Shown here: positions 1 to 9,464 of the stretch, in pieces | How positions within the stretch are numbered: position 1 is the first letter of the stretch | How the letters are laid out: each line of letters begins with the position of its first letter | Source of the DNA: Candidatus Hydrogenedentota bacterium | Lineage (GTDB): Bacteria; Hydrogenedentota; Hydrogenedentia; Hydrogenedentales; G963678445 | NCBI GenBank assembly: GCA_963678445.1 | Contig: OY782877.1 | Location: 1,685,778 to 1,749,777, forward strand | Direction of reading: 5' to 3' | Length of the DNA: 64,000 nt | Notes under the pieces: generated by a model | The model's database searches: none | What the model was told of the DNA's origin: nothing | The model's input: the letters and a program-made list of their open reading frames with translations, nothing else | Program-made: the position numbers and the translations under genes

Positions 1-53
1 ATAAATATACGAATATTTACGTGAAACTCAATCAAAAATCAGGAAATAATGCG

Positions 54-887
54 ATGAAAACAGGACTCCCCAGCGAAAAAGAACTCAGCAATGTAGTCTC
101 AACCTATTTGGAACGTTGGGATAGCCAGGACTACACAAGCGATGTGGCTCTATTTTTGATGGATTTTGCGCCAATTCTGCGCATGTATGCATGTCTGGAT
201 GAAAAAAACGACTTTTTCTATTTGATATACGAAGACTTTGTCGCGGGCGTGGATTCCTATCCAAAAAAAGAAGTGCTGAACTATTTACCCTGTCAGTTTC
301 AGTTCCCATTCGATTTGATACAGGAGCGCCAGAAGGATAAGCAAAAGCACCTTGAGCTGTGCGCACATTGGGAAAGGCTACATGACAAAGCTGCTGGAAT
401 GCGTGCATTAAACAAACCGGAAAACCAACAAGCCGAAGGGGACGCTATGAACGCCTTTCTCGATGGCGACACCCTGGATCGAACTACGTTTTGTCACCAT
501 TTCCGGTGGCTGATGGAATGCTATAAACCGGAGGCGTGGAACGGGTTCATCGAAGGTACGCTGAACAACAATTCATTCCGAACAGGTTGGGACGACGCTG
601 AACGGGTGGTGCAGGCAGGCGCAAGTCAGCTTAGCTATAACGGATTCAACCTTTTCGTGAAACGATTTTTCCTGTGGTGGAATCTGCTTGGCTATGATAA
701 CTCGCTCTTCTCCTGGAAAGAAATAGAAAACACCTATCCCGCGCTATCTAAAATGAGCGAAGTTGGTCTGGCTAGCCTCCTTTTTGAACTAGAACGACGT
801 GTGCTTCAATTAGATGTAAGACAGTTGATCCAGGCAGGCGTTATCGAAGAAATCCCCAATGACGATTTTGATACCCCCTCATTCTAG
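54..887 (+). CDS. hypothetical cytoplasmic protein (about 277 aa); no recognisable family
   Basis: ORF 21..887 with no in-frame stop back to the window start; internal ATG at 54 is preceded by AGGAAA about 8 nt upstream; the first ~60 nt are AT-rich; no motifs recognised. Confidence 0.45.
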   Translation: MKTGLPSEKELSNVVSTYLERWDSQDYTSDVALFLMDFAPILRMYACLDEKNDFFYLIYEDFVAGVDSYPKKEVLNYLPCQFQFPFDLIQERQKDKQKHLELCAHWERLHDKAAGMRALNKPENQQAEGDAMNAFLDGDTLDRTTFCHHFRWLMECYKPEAWNGFIEGTLNNNSFRTGWDDAERVVQAGASQLSYNGFNLFVKRFFLWWNLLGYDNSLFSWKEIENTYPALSKMSEVGLASLLFELERRVLQLDVRQLIQAGVIEEIPNDDFDTPSF

Positions 888-1020
888 AGACAATTCGTAC
901 GAAATTTTATTTTTAGATGAATAAAGCATTCCTGATGGAGTATTATTTACGAGCGGTTTGCGTAGTAACTGTTTTTTGCCACCATAAGAATGCAGGAACT
1001 TTATTAGACTGCAATCTGAA

Positions 1021-1105
1021 AAGCTGTCATAAAAAATGAGAAAGGTACTGTGCCCAGGAATAGGTATTGCCTGTAGCACTGGCCACCGCTGGACCTCTTT
1101 AGGAT
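1021..1105 (+). promoter_or_regulatory. Copy A of the repeated promoter/leader element (aagctgtcataaaaaa...ctggccacc-gctggacctctttaggat); lacks the 8-nt 'ttgtggtc' segment of copies B/C
   Basis: Direct sequence similarity to 18907..19010 and to the reverse complement of 15782..15886; ends 8 nt before the ATG at 1114; the ORF-table start at 1036 lies inside this element. Confidence 0.6.
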
Positions 1106-1113
1106 GTAATTTA

Positions 1114-2799
1114 ATGCGAACGTATTTTTATCACGCCTTTTCCTTCTTTGTTGTCGTATTGCTATGCACAGGATGCGATGCACTGAAACGCGATATTGAG
1201 ATAACGGTGACCGCCGTGGACGCTAACACGGATCTGCGTCTGAAGCATTTTTACTATGCGGTGGATTACAGCTCTTCTTTCGATGATGGGGAAGTCTTTG
1301 AGCTTCCGGAATCAGAGCTAAAAGCGGTCAAAGCAGCCGGATTCTCACCTAAAAAAAGTAAACCTCTCCCCAGAAAAAACGAAAAACCTCCTATTTTTCC
1401 TTATAGTCAACGCTTTGACAGCAATGAACCACCCAGAACAACGCGTATCCCCTCGGATAGCACCTCGGTTATGGTCTATGTGTATAGGGAGGGCTACTCG
1501 ATGGAATGCATCGAGGTGCCGTCTGGGAAAAAACGCGTTACCATTACGGCAAAGCTTCATCCCAGCAAAGGGGTGCAGGGTACGGTGTTGGATAATTCAG
1601 GGAAGCCGGTGGTAGGTGTGCCGATATTTGTGGGAAGGGATCGACCGCTAATCACAGAATTATCTACAAAATATGCTCCGTCTTCGTTTACTGAATCGTG
1701 GCTCGAAGGCGCATTCTGGATCCCTGCGTCCTGTCGGGAAATAGATGGCGTAGTCGCCTGGAGACCGTCGCAACCACCGATTTGGACCCCTGTCGCCCCG
1801 GAAGATAAGACCGTATCTGTTACCCTGCCTCCCAAACAGGAGCTTCCCATCACGGTAGTCACTGACGTAGAACCCTTGCCCAAGGCATCCATTTTAATAG
1901 AATACCTTGCGGAGGATGACCGCGCTTATTGGCATGCGGAAGCGCACTGCGATACACAAGGAAAAACGACCGCGCTGGCCTTCCCAGACGCACGCCTGAA
2001 TCTTGAACTGTCGCTTCTTACCAAGAAAGGCAAATGGACCATCAGGGAATCTTCCGATTTCTCTTCACCCTATGTCCGCGATGAAAACGAAAGCTCGGAA
2101 ACAGACGCTGTAGCGAAAATGCGCCTGTTTCGCGAAAAACGTGTGCACGTAACTGTTCCTAAGGCGACCGTTGATCCCGTGGTGGTGAATCTTGCCAAAG
2201 CAACGAGCGAGGTGACGGTTTCCATCCCGAATGCAGAGAAGTTTAAGCCTTGTTTCCTCTTCATGAACATGGTCCTGCTTACGGATGATGGAGAAATCAT
2301 TTATGGCGGAACCCGTTCCCCTTGGAACGAAACCTTTCACTTTGCGCCTCTTCCCGCAGGACGCCTGTTTCTGGCGGCGTCTACACTCGGACAAAAGGGG
2401 GAAGGTTGCGCCGGTCTAATGCGGCGGATTGACGATGGAGAATCGCTGAGCATTCCATTACCGCTGACCGAGGGGACCGCGCATATAACAGGAAAAGTCA
2501 ACGGCAAAAACAGCAGCCTACGCTACAATTATGCTCTTTGCCCTGCCGGGTTAACGCTCGAAGACGTCAAGACCATTGCACAGTGGCGGAGTGGGTCTTG
2601 TATGCCTGCAATTTGTTATGCAGACCCCAAAAAATCGAAAACAGATGACTTCACTTTTTCAGCAGTGCCCAAAGGCGAGTATTCATTTTTTGTGGAAAGC
2701 TGGTCGCATCAAGATGGAAGAAAAATAATAACACTCCAGCCAGTTTCCGTTGCGGAGAACGCCCAGCTGACACTTGAGGTTGATTTATCCACCCTCTAA
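1114..2799 (+). CDS. Lipoprotein with a carboxypeptidase-regulatory-like beta-sandwich segment (GTVLDNSGKPVVGVPIFVG); function unknown
   Basis: Signal peptide plus lipobox (FFVVVLLCTGC) right after the internal ATG at 1114; the longer ORF start at 1036 falls in the leader element. Confidence 0.5.
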   Translation: MRTYFYHAFSFFVVVLLCTGCDALKRDIEITVTAVDANTDLRLKHFYYAVDYSSSFDDGEVFELPESELKAVKAAGFSPKKSKPLPRKNEKPPIFPYSQRFDSNEPPRTTRIPSDSTSVMVYVYREGYSMECIEVPSGKKRVTITAKLHPSKGVQGTVLDNSGKPVVGVPIFVGRDRPLITELSTKYAPSSFTESWLEGAFWIPASCREIDGVVAWRPSQPPIWTPVAPEDKTVSVTLPPKQELPITVVTDVEPLPKASILIEYLAEDDRAYWHAEAHCDTQGKTTALAFPDARLNLELSLLTKKGKWTIRESSDFSSPYVRDENESSETDAVAKMRLFREKRVHVTVPKATVDPVVVNLAKATSEVTVSIPNAEKFKPCFLFMNMVLLTDDGEIIYGGTRSPWNETFHFAPLPAGRLFLAASTLGQKGEGCAGLMRRIDDGESLSIPLPLTEGTAHITGKVNGKNSSLRYNYALCPAGLTLEDVKTIAQWRSGSCMPAICYADPKKSKTDDFTFSAVPKGEYSFFVESWSHQDGRKIITLQPVSVAENAQLTLEVDLSTL

Positions 2800-2852
2800 C
2801 GCTCTTTGTAAACCTATGTTTTTCGTCCCTCTTTTTTTAAAAACGGGGGGCG

Positions 2853-3266
2853 TTATTTTTTCGCAAGAAGTTGGGCAAGGAGCGTTTCAATGGTCTTCCG
2901 GTGGTCGCCTTGAATCTCGATGGTGTCGTCGCGTAAAACACCGCCCGCGCCGCATCGTTTTTTAAGTTGGGCAAGCAACGGTTCCAGGTCGCCGGAAAGA
3001 TTACGGATGACGGTAACCATTTTCCCTTTGGCGCGTTTTTCGAGGAAGAGTGGCCAGTTGCCCGCCCGTGTTTTCTGGATGTGAAAAGCGGGCGCATTGG
3101 AGGTCGTCTCCGTCTTTGAAGCAGACGACGATTCTTCTGCGGGTAAATCGGCCGCCTTGTCGGATGTCGGCTGAAGGGATTGCAATGCGGCAAAGGGATT
3201 GTCGGTAAGCGGCTGACTTGAAGTGGAGATATCGACCCGAGTAGTTTTTCGACGTGATTGTTTCAT
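2853..3266 (-). CDS. yciH: Translation initiation factor SUI1/eIF1 family (YciH-like) with an S/T/P-rich N-terminal extension
   Basis: C-terminal MVTVIRNLSGDLEPLLAQLKKRCGAGGVLRDDTIEIQGDHRKTIETLLAQ matches the SUI1 fold signature; start trimmed to MKQSRRK. Confidence 0.65.
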   Translation of the reverse strand: MKQSRRKTTRVDISTSSQPLTDNPFAALQSLQPTSDKAADLPAEESSSASKTETTSNAPAFHIQKTRAGNWPLFLEKRAKGKMVTVIRNLSGDLEPLLAQLKKRCGAGGVLRDDTIEIQGDHRKTIETLLAQLLAKK

Positions 3267-3377
3267 GGTACACTTTCCTTTTCCGGGATTGTAGGAAATC
3301 CGGACAGCCGGATGCAATACGAAATATCGTTGGACATAACCATGCATGTTGCACACTGTTCACGATAACAGGAAATC

Positions 3378-4421
3378 GTGGTGACGAAAATCATTTCAAC
3401 ATCGGTAGTAAAGCCGCGGGTATATTATTTGGATTTTGCGCGGGGCCTGGCTGTTTTTTTCATGATTATGCAACACACCATACTCATGCATGAGTATGAC
3501 GCTGGAGAAGGAGATGGGTTGCTTGGCAATGTTTTTCTGCTGCTGGGCACTGCGCCCGCCGCCCCAGTTTTTATGTTAATTATGGGGGTTTTTATTGCGC
3601 GTGCGAAAGGCGGCGCCTTGGCGTTGCTCTGGCGTGGCGTAAAGCTCTTTGCGCTTGGCTATGTATTGAACCTGTTGCGTTTTACGCTTCCACTGCTTTT
3701 GGTGCAGACCAGCGGCGTTTCTCTCCCCCCTACGGAATCGCCAGGATATTTGTTTTGGATGGTTGATATTTTACAGTTGGCGGGACTTTCGTTTATCTTT
3801 GCAGCCCCCCTCAAAACGCTTTCAGGAAGACGTTGGGTTTTTCCGGCGATTATTACTGCAGTACTATTTGTTTCGCCGTTACTATGGGGAAGTTGTCCGA
3901 ACTTCCCCCTCTTTGCGCCACTTTGGGGCACTGCACCAATTATAGAGTTCCCGTTTTTCCCCTGGGTGATTTACCCTCTGCTTGGCATGTGGCTCAGCCC
4001 CGTCCTGTTCAGCCTTCCGGAAGAACCAAAGCAAAGACGACAAATACTGCTCACCGGTGTTTTATTGATGACTGTCGGCGCACTGAGTTACGAACATCTT
4101 GTGCCGGGCGATTACCATCGTAGCGGGGCTGGAGTGCATTTTGCCATAATCGGCTTTGTCTGCGTCTGGCTGGTAGCGTGTAATTCTGTAACACAACGAG
4201 TTGATTGTACACACACCTTTTTCAAGACCATCTTTTTCTGGAGTCGGCAGGTAACAGGAATATACTTTATTCAGTGGATCTTGTTTGGCTGGAGCATGCT
4301 TGTGTGGAATCCCAATAGCATGAGTGGCTACGGTGCAACCGTAGTTGGATTGGGAGTGCTGGTGATAACGCATTGGATAATGCGACAAAAGCGCTGTCAA
4401 AAGCTATTTGCCTGGATATAA
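3378..4421 (+). CDS. Polytopic membrane protein, acyltransferase-3 / DUF1624 (HGSNAT-like) type
   Basis: About 9-10 TM helices; N-terminal YYLDFARGLAVFFMIMQH resembles the start of acyltransferase-3/DUF1624 proteins; GTG start. Confidence 0.35.
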   Translation: MVTKIISTSVVKPRVYYLDFARGLAVFFMIMQHTILMHEYDAGEGDGLLGNVFLLLGTAPAAPVFMLIMGVFIARAKGGALALLWRGVKLFALGYVLNLLRFTLPLLLVQTSGVSLPPTESPGYLFWMVDILQLAGLSFIFAAPLKTLSGRRWVFPAIITAVLFVSPLLWGSCPNFPLFAPLWGTAPIIEFPFFPWVIYPLLGMWLSPVLFSLPEEPKQRRQILLTGVLLMTVGALSYEHLVPGDYHRSGAGVHFAIIGFVCVWLVACNSVTQRVDCTHTFFKTIFFWSRQVTGIYFIQWILFGWSMLVWNPNSMSGYGATVVGLGVLVITHWIMRQKRCQKLFAWI

Positions 4422-4515
4422 GTGGTCCAAGGACCACAATCGAGGGGTATGGCCCTTGCCATCGCTAATCACAGCAATGGTTGTTATACCCCATTGAGAA
4501 ACCTTGTAAATGTAC

Positions 4516-4540
4516 GGTAGCGGCGCTAAGCCGCTACCGG
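4516..4540. terminator. Perfect hairpin gtagcggc-gctaa-gccgctac between convergent genes (bidirectional terminator candidate)
   Basis: Inverted repeat read directly; lies between the stop of the 3378..4421 (+) gene and the stop of the 4542..4688 (-) gene. Confidence 0.5.
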
Positions 4541-4541
4541 C

Positions 4542-4688
4542 TTACATCTTAAAAGCGGCAATAATCGCGATGATAAATCCCAGCAGGGTTAAAAATAGGT
4601 CGGCTACGCGAAAGGTTGCGCCGCCAATTTCTACATCGCCGTAAAGAAAATCAAGGTAGGTTTGTGTGTTTGGACTTTCTTCTTCCAT
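4542..4688 (-). CDS. Small (48 aa) single-TM membrane protein, acidic N-terminus (MEEESPNTQTYLDFLYGDVEIGGATFRVADLFLTLLGFIIAIIAAFKM)
   Basis: Internal ATG preceded by AAGGAG with a 9-nt spacer; C-terminal hydrophobic helix; same strand as and downstream of the DUF151 gene. Confidence 0.35.
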   Translation of the reverse strand: MEEESPNTQTYLDFLYGDVEIGGATFRVADLFLTLLGFIIAIIAAFKM

Positions 4689-4889
4689 GGCTTGTTTCTC
4701 CTTTGCGGTAGTTGTGTTGTTTTTACTATAGCATCCCGCTGGGGGACGGGTACAGTGCTTATGAGGTGGCAATATGGTTCAAATTCCACCTCAGTGCATA
4801 CGAGAGCATGCCGTTATAATACCGTGGGGAACAAAAAAGTTGCCTCTTTCTGTTCCATAGCGGCACAAGTTGTGCTGCATTGAGGTGGC

Positions 4890-5375
4890 TCAGGTTTCGA
4901 AAATCTCATCGTCATCGTCGTCATCATCGTTGTCATTCTCGCCGCGAATGGCCGGCCCCAGGATGGAGGCGTCTTGTGCGGCCATATCCATGACTTCTTC
5001 GGCGGCGTAGATCGGGCACTTTTGTCGCACTGCCAAGGCAATACCGTCGCTGGGACGTGTGTCGACGCGCAGCACTTTTTCAACATGTCCTTGCGCATCG
5101 CGTTGCTCGATGGTCAGGTGAGCGTAGAATGTGTCGCTTTGAAGACGGTAAATGGTCACGGCTTTCAGTTCACCGTGCAGGCCGGCCAGTATGTTTCCAA
5201 TGAGGTCATGGGTCATGGGGCGGGCAGTTTTTTCGCGCATGAGTCCAATTTGGATAGCGCTGGCTTCGGGGACACCGACCAGTATGGGTAGTACTCGATT
5301 TTCATGCCGCAATAGTACCAGCGGGTACTGGTGTTCGTCGGCTTGGCTGACGCCGAGTATTTCGAGTTCGACCAT
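4890..5375 (-). CDS. Bifunctional nuclease domain protein (DUF151/BFN family) with a poly-Asp C-terminal tail
   Basis: MVELEILGV...LPILVGVPEASAIQ...RPMTHDLIGNILAGL...IYRLQSDTFYAHL...VDTRPSDGIALAVR match DUF151; GGAGG RBS 5 nt upstream of ATG at 5375; tail ENDNDDDDDDDEIFET. Confidence 0.65.
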   Translation of the reverse strand: MVELEILGVSQADEHQYPLVLLRHENRVLPILVGVPEASAIQIGLMREKTARPMTHDLIGNILAGLHGELKAVTIYRLQSDTFYAHLTIEQRDAQGHVEKVLRVDTRPSDGIALAVRQKCPIYAAEEVMDMAAQDASILGPAIRGENDNDDDDDDDEIFET

Positions 5376-5453
5376 GACAACCTCCTTGTTGGCTCTGTAT
5401 CGATTATACGCTCTTGAGGGGGAAATGCTCAATGGTCGCGGAGGGGAAAACTA

Positions 5454-6203
5454 TCAGGAGCCTTCCTTGGAAGAGGGTATGGTGGAATGGTGCTGGGGGA
5501 GGTAGGCGCCTCCGGAAACAATGAGTTTCATGGCATCTTCAATGGAAATGTTGAGCGGGGTTAGCTCGTTGCTGGGGACATAGAGCAGGAAGCCCGAGGT
5601 TGGATTGGGGGTGGTCGGGACGAAGACCGCCGTCAGGTCACGTCCGCAGGCTTTTTGCACCACGCCGTGTTCGCGCGCAGTGATAAAGCCTACGACGAGA
5701 AGACCGGGACGGGGGTATTCGACGAGTACGACGGCCTGGAAAACTGCGCCTTCGCGTGTCATGAAGACGTCGCGAATCTGTTGCACGGCGAGGTAAAGAC
5801 GGCTGATAAGAGGAATTTTGCCAAGTATGCGTTCGCCGTATCCGATGATCTTTCGTGCGACCAGGTAACGGGTGAGGAAACCGGTGGTAAGGAAGAGGAG
5901 GGTCGCCATGAGGAAACCGACCCATGGGTCGTATTCGAAGGCCAGTTTTTCGTGTATTGCGGGCACGCGGGCTGCAACGGCGTTGATGTAGTAAACCAAG
6001 CCTTTGAAAAAGGTGTTGATGCCGCCGCCTACTTTGGTGAATACCCACCAGGCAACCCACAGTGTGACGAAGAAGGGGATCCATACGAGAAGGCCGGTGG
6101 TCATATATTGACGCAGGTTGCGTAGGTATGCGCGCAAAAATGAGATAGGGCCGTGGTAGCGGCGTTTTTTCTTGCGGCGTAATGTAAACGGGGGTCTACT
6201 CAT
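5454..6203 (-). CDS. DUF502 family membrane protein
   Basis: N-terminal TM pair followed by the conserved DUF502-like block (KIPLISRLYLAVQQIRDVF...VFVPTTPNPTSGFLLYVP). Confidence 0.6.
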   Translation of the reverse strand: MSRPPFTLRRKKKRRYHGPISFLRAYLRNLRQYMTTGLLVWIPFFVTLWVAWWVFTKVGGGINTFFKGLVYYINAVAARVPAIHEKLAFEYDPWVGFLMATLLFLTTGFLTRYLVARKIIGYGERILGKIPLISRLYLAVQQIRDVFMTREGAVFQAVVLVEYPRPGLLVVGFITAREHGVVQKACGRDLTAVFVPTTPNPTSGFLLYVPSNELTPLNISIEDAMKLIVSGGAYLPQHHSTIPSSKEGS

Positions 6204-7464
6204 GGAAAACGGTCTCTCTGTCGGAAGATGCTGAAAGGGGTTTTTCCATGCGCACGCGCACTACGTGAGTAGGGGTCGCGTCGAGCACGGTGATCCGAAA
6301 AAGGGGCGCTTCGATAACATCGCCTTTTTTCGGGATACGTTTTTTGGTGTGCATGATCCAGCCCCCGAGTGTTTCTACTTCGTCGTCTTCGATGGGAATA
6401 TCAAGGGTTTCGGATAATTCTTCTATCGGAATACGGGTATCCACGATGTACGCATTTTCACCTACTTTCCGGATGGGGTTTTCTTCTTCATCGTATTCGT
6501 CGCAGATGTCGCCGAATATCTCTTCGAGGATATCTTCGATGGTGATCAGGCCATCGGTGCCGCCGTATTCGTCGGTGACGATGGCCATGGATTGTTTTGC
6601 ATCGCGCATGGCGCGCAGCACGTCGTCGAGCTTCATGGTGTCGTGTACGTGCATGGCTTCGCGCACCAATCGGGAGATATCCTCGTTTTCCGGGGTGGTG
6701 TCGCGCAGTACGGTGAAGGCGTTGACGATACCAGTAATCTCGTCGATGGTCTCGTGATAGATGGGAATGCGTGTACGTCCGCTTTCCTGAAAGAGAGTGA
6801 TAAGCTCGGTCCGTGTGGCCGTGTCGGGCAGGGCTTGAATGTCGATACGCGGCACCATAATTTCTTTGGCGAGACTGGTTTGAAGATCCATGACGGCATG
6901 GATCATTTCTTTTTCTTCTTTGTCGATAGCGCCTTTATCGGCACTTTCGTCGACAAGGATGCGGACGTCTTCGGGGGAACGCATGAGTAGGGGCATGGAG
7001 TTGGCTTCTTGTCCATATATACCCCGGAGCAGGTGGCGAGTAATCCATAGCGTGGGGGCGCTTAAAGGGGCAAAAATACTAAGAAAAAAGCGCATTGGGG
7101 GCAACAGAAGTAGCGAAAGACGGGTTGGATGGATGCGAAACATGCTTTTGGGAAGGAGTTCGCCAAAGACAAGTACAAGGGGGGTGGCGATAATCGGTGT
7201 CCATACGTCACCAAATTGTCGGGTGAGTGCTATTGTTCCCAGTAGTAGTGAAATGTTAGTACCGATGAGCACACCGGTGAGCATATAGTTAGGATGCTCC
7301 AGGGCATGCAAGAGCTGACGTGCGTTCCAGTTCTTCTTTTCTTCGGCAAGATGGCGTACCCGAAGAGGATTACAAGAGACAAAACCCGTCTCATATCCGG
7401 CGAAAAAACCGTTGAGAAGTACGCCGATAATGAATATAACAATGAGGCCTACTGCTGCACTCAT
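6196..7464 (-). CDS. corC: CNNM/CorC-HlyC family protein (DUF21 TM domain, CBS pair, CorC_HlyC)
   Basis: Domain order visible in translation; overlaps the downstream gene by 8 nt and the upstream paralog by 4 nt. Confidence 0.8.
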   Translation of the reverse strand: MSAAVGLIVIFIIGVLLNGFFAGYETGFVSCNPLRVRHLAEEKKNWNARQLLHALEHPNYMLTGVLIGTNISLLLGTIALTRQFGDVWTPIIATPLVLVFGELLPKSMFRIHPTRLSLLLLPPMRFFLSIFAPLSAPTLWITRHLLRGIYGQEANSMPLLMRSPEDVRILVDESADKGAIDKEEKEMIHAVMDLQTSLAKEIMVPRIDIQALPDTATRTELITLFQESGRTRIPIYHETIDEITGIVNAFTVLRDTTPENEDISRLVREAMHVHDTMKLDDVLRAMRDAKQSMAIVTDEYGGTDGLITIEDILEEIFGDICDEYDEEENPIRKVGENAYIVDTRIPIEELSETLDIPIEDDEVETLGGWIMHTKKRIPKKGDVIEAPLFRITVLDATPTHVVRVRMEKPLSASSDRETVFHE

Positions 7465-8945
7465 GAGTAATCGTCCTCTTTTTGTCTTGGGGGCACTTGC
7501 AGGCGTAGTTGCGCCACACGTTTTCCTTCGACCGCTTCGATGACGTAGTATACGCCATCATATTCGACCTCGTCTCCTACTTCGGGGATTTTATCTGTTC
7601 GGTCCATGATGAATCCCGCCACGGTGGTGTGTTCTTCATCTTCCACTGCGGTTCCGGTTAATTCTTCCAACTCGTCTAACGGCAGGCTGCCGTCTACACG
7701 AAATACACCGTCGTCTAGCTGGGTGTACAATGGCTCCTCTTCGTCGTCTTCTTCGCCAATATCGCCGACAACTTCGCGCAATGCGTCTTGCAGGGTCACC
7801 AGACCTTCTGTGCCGCCATACTCGTCGACAACGATGGAGAGGTGGGTTCGTACGCGTTGGGCCATTCTGAGGAAGTCGGACACTTCCATTGTTTCAGGCA
7901 CAAAATGGGGCTTGCGCAATAGGGGTGTAATGGGGGCGTCCAATTCGCCGCTGCAGGCGGCTGGCAACAAATCTTTGGCGAATAGCAGGCCGGTAATGTG
8001 GTCCAGGTCGTCTTCATAGACAGGGATTCGTGCATATTCATGTTCGCGCACCACAGCAAGTGCGTCGCCAATGGTGGTTTCTTTGGAAAGCACGATCATG
8101 TCTGGACGGGGGGTAAGGATCTCGCGCACGCGTACTTCGCGCACGTCGAGAATACCTTGGATCATCTGGCGTTCCTCTTCTTCGATGACGCCGGTGGCCT
8201 CGCCTTCGGTCAGCAGTGATTTAAACTCATCTTCTGTCATAAACGGAGCAGGCGGCACTTCGCTGAATCGGGTAAGCCGAAAGAGCAGACCAATGAGCCA
8301 GATGAGAATTTCCCGCACGGGGGCGAGTAGCTGATTGAGCAGAAAGATGGGGATGGCAGCCCACCGCGCGAATCGTTCGCCTTGTTGCACGGCAACAAGC
8401 TTCGGCGTGATTTCGCCGAAGAACACGAGCATTGCGGTGCATAGAAAGACCGCCAGCGGGTAGGAAAGCGCAGGGGGCAATGTGAGGTGCCTGTCGAATA
8501 CAATTTCCACGCGTGCGGCAAAAATAACGCCGAGCAAAATGTTGACGATACAGTTGCCCATCAGGATAGAGGTAAGCAAACCGTTGGGATTGCTCATCAG
8601 TTGCGCCACGAGACGATCCAGAAAGTGTTTGCTCTGGCGCATGCTGAGAAGGCGCACTGTGTGCAGGGAGTAGAAGGCAACCTCGCTGGCGGAAAAGAAG
8701 GCGGAGCAACTGAGCAAGACCAAAGCGGCTAGCCATACTTTGGGGGTAAGCACCTGGGTCCACTGCTGGGCTACGGTTGTTGTTTCTTCGAAAAGGCTGT
8801 TTGCCGCTATGGGGCGCATAAGCGCAATGAGGATGGCGAATACCGCCGCCCATACTGGTAGAACCCATAGGGGGGTCTGTCTGAATATCTGGGGCCGAAA
8901 ACGCTTTTCTGTGCGTTTCGTTCGCCCTCCGCTATCGTCGTCCAA
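7461..8945 (-). CDS. Second CNNM/CorC-HlyC family protein (paralog; extra N-terminal TM/extension)
   Basis: DUF21 + CBS pair + CorC_HlyC architecture; 4-nt ATGA-type overlap with the downstream paralog; start uncertain. Confidence 0.75.
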   Translation of the reverse strand: MDDDSGGRTKRTEKRFRPQIFRQTPLWVLPVWAAVFAILIALMRPIAANSLFEETTTVAQQWTQVLTPKVWLAALVLLSCSAFFSASEVAFYSLHTVRLLSMRQSKHFLDRLVAQLMSNPNGLLTSILMGNCIVNILLGVIFAARVEIVFDRHLTLPPALSYPLAVFLCTAMLVFFGEITPKLVAVQQGERFARWAAIPIFLLNQLLAPVREILIWLIGLLFRLTRFSEVPPAPFMTEDEFKSLLTEGEATGVIEEEERQMIQGILDVREVRVREILTPRPDMIVLSKETTIGDALAVVREHEYARIPVYEDDLDHITGLLFAKDLLPAACSGELDAPITPLLRKPHFVPETMEVSDFLRMAQRVRTHLSIVVDEYGGTEGLVTLQDALREVVGDIGEEDDEEEPLYTQLDDGVFRVDGSLPLDELEELTGTAVEDEEHTTVAGFIMDRTDKIPEVGDEVEYDGVYYVIEAVEGKRVAQLRLQVPPRQKEDDYS

Positions 8946-8984
8946 GGACTATCTCACTCCACCTCGTGCACTTGGGGCGTATTC

Positions 8985-9464
8985 CTACGCACGCAAACGC
9001 CACGCGGCCTCTTTACTGGTATTCAGGTATTGTGCCTGTTTTTCGGTCATAATTTCACGCTCGACATCTGAAGCGTGTGTATATCCTAATAAATGGAGCA
9101 GGCCATGGCAAAAAAGAAGCCGGACCTCGTCGCGCATGGCTTGGGAATCTCCTTTGCAATAACGTTCAACGGTCTCCAAAGAGATGACAATATCGCCAAG
9201 AACACGTTCCCCATGTAGAAGTGTATCCTCTTGAGCAAAGGAAAGCACATCGGTAGGAACCGGTTTTTTGCGATACTCTTCGTTCAGGGTCGTGATAAAA
9301 GGATCGTCGCAGAAAAGCACACTCAATTCCAAGCCTGAATAGCGGGTATCATCGCATGCGCCTTCTTCGCGGCAAACGCGCTCGGCTAATCGCTGGAGAT
9401 TATCGCGGCGGTAAAAGCGTTTGCGTCTGGATTCGTTTCGTATGTCGATATGCACCATAATCAT
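8985..9464 (-). CDS. ybeY: Endoribonuclease YbeY (16S rRNA 3'-end maturation)
   Basis: HGLLHLLGYTH metal-binding motif and size about 159 aa; conserved position downstream of phoH/pgpH. Confidence 0.85.
   Translation of the reverse strand: MIMVHIDIRNESRRKRFYRRDNLQRLAERVCREEGACDDTRYSGLELSVLFCDDPFITTLNEEYRKKPVPTDVLSFAQEDTLLHGERVLGDIVISLETVERYCKGDSQAMRDEVRLLFCHGLLHLLGYTHASDVEREIMTEKQAQYLNTSKEAAWRLRA

Noticed and set aside
1036-1113. Upstream ATG start of the lipoprotein ORF (MRKVLCPGIGIACSTGHRWTSLGCNL)
   Set aside because: This stretch is copy A of the repeated leader element, and the three copies are not in a conserved reading frame. The signal peptide and lipobox begin right after the ATG at 1114.
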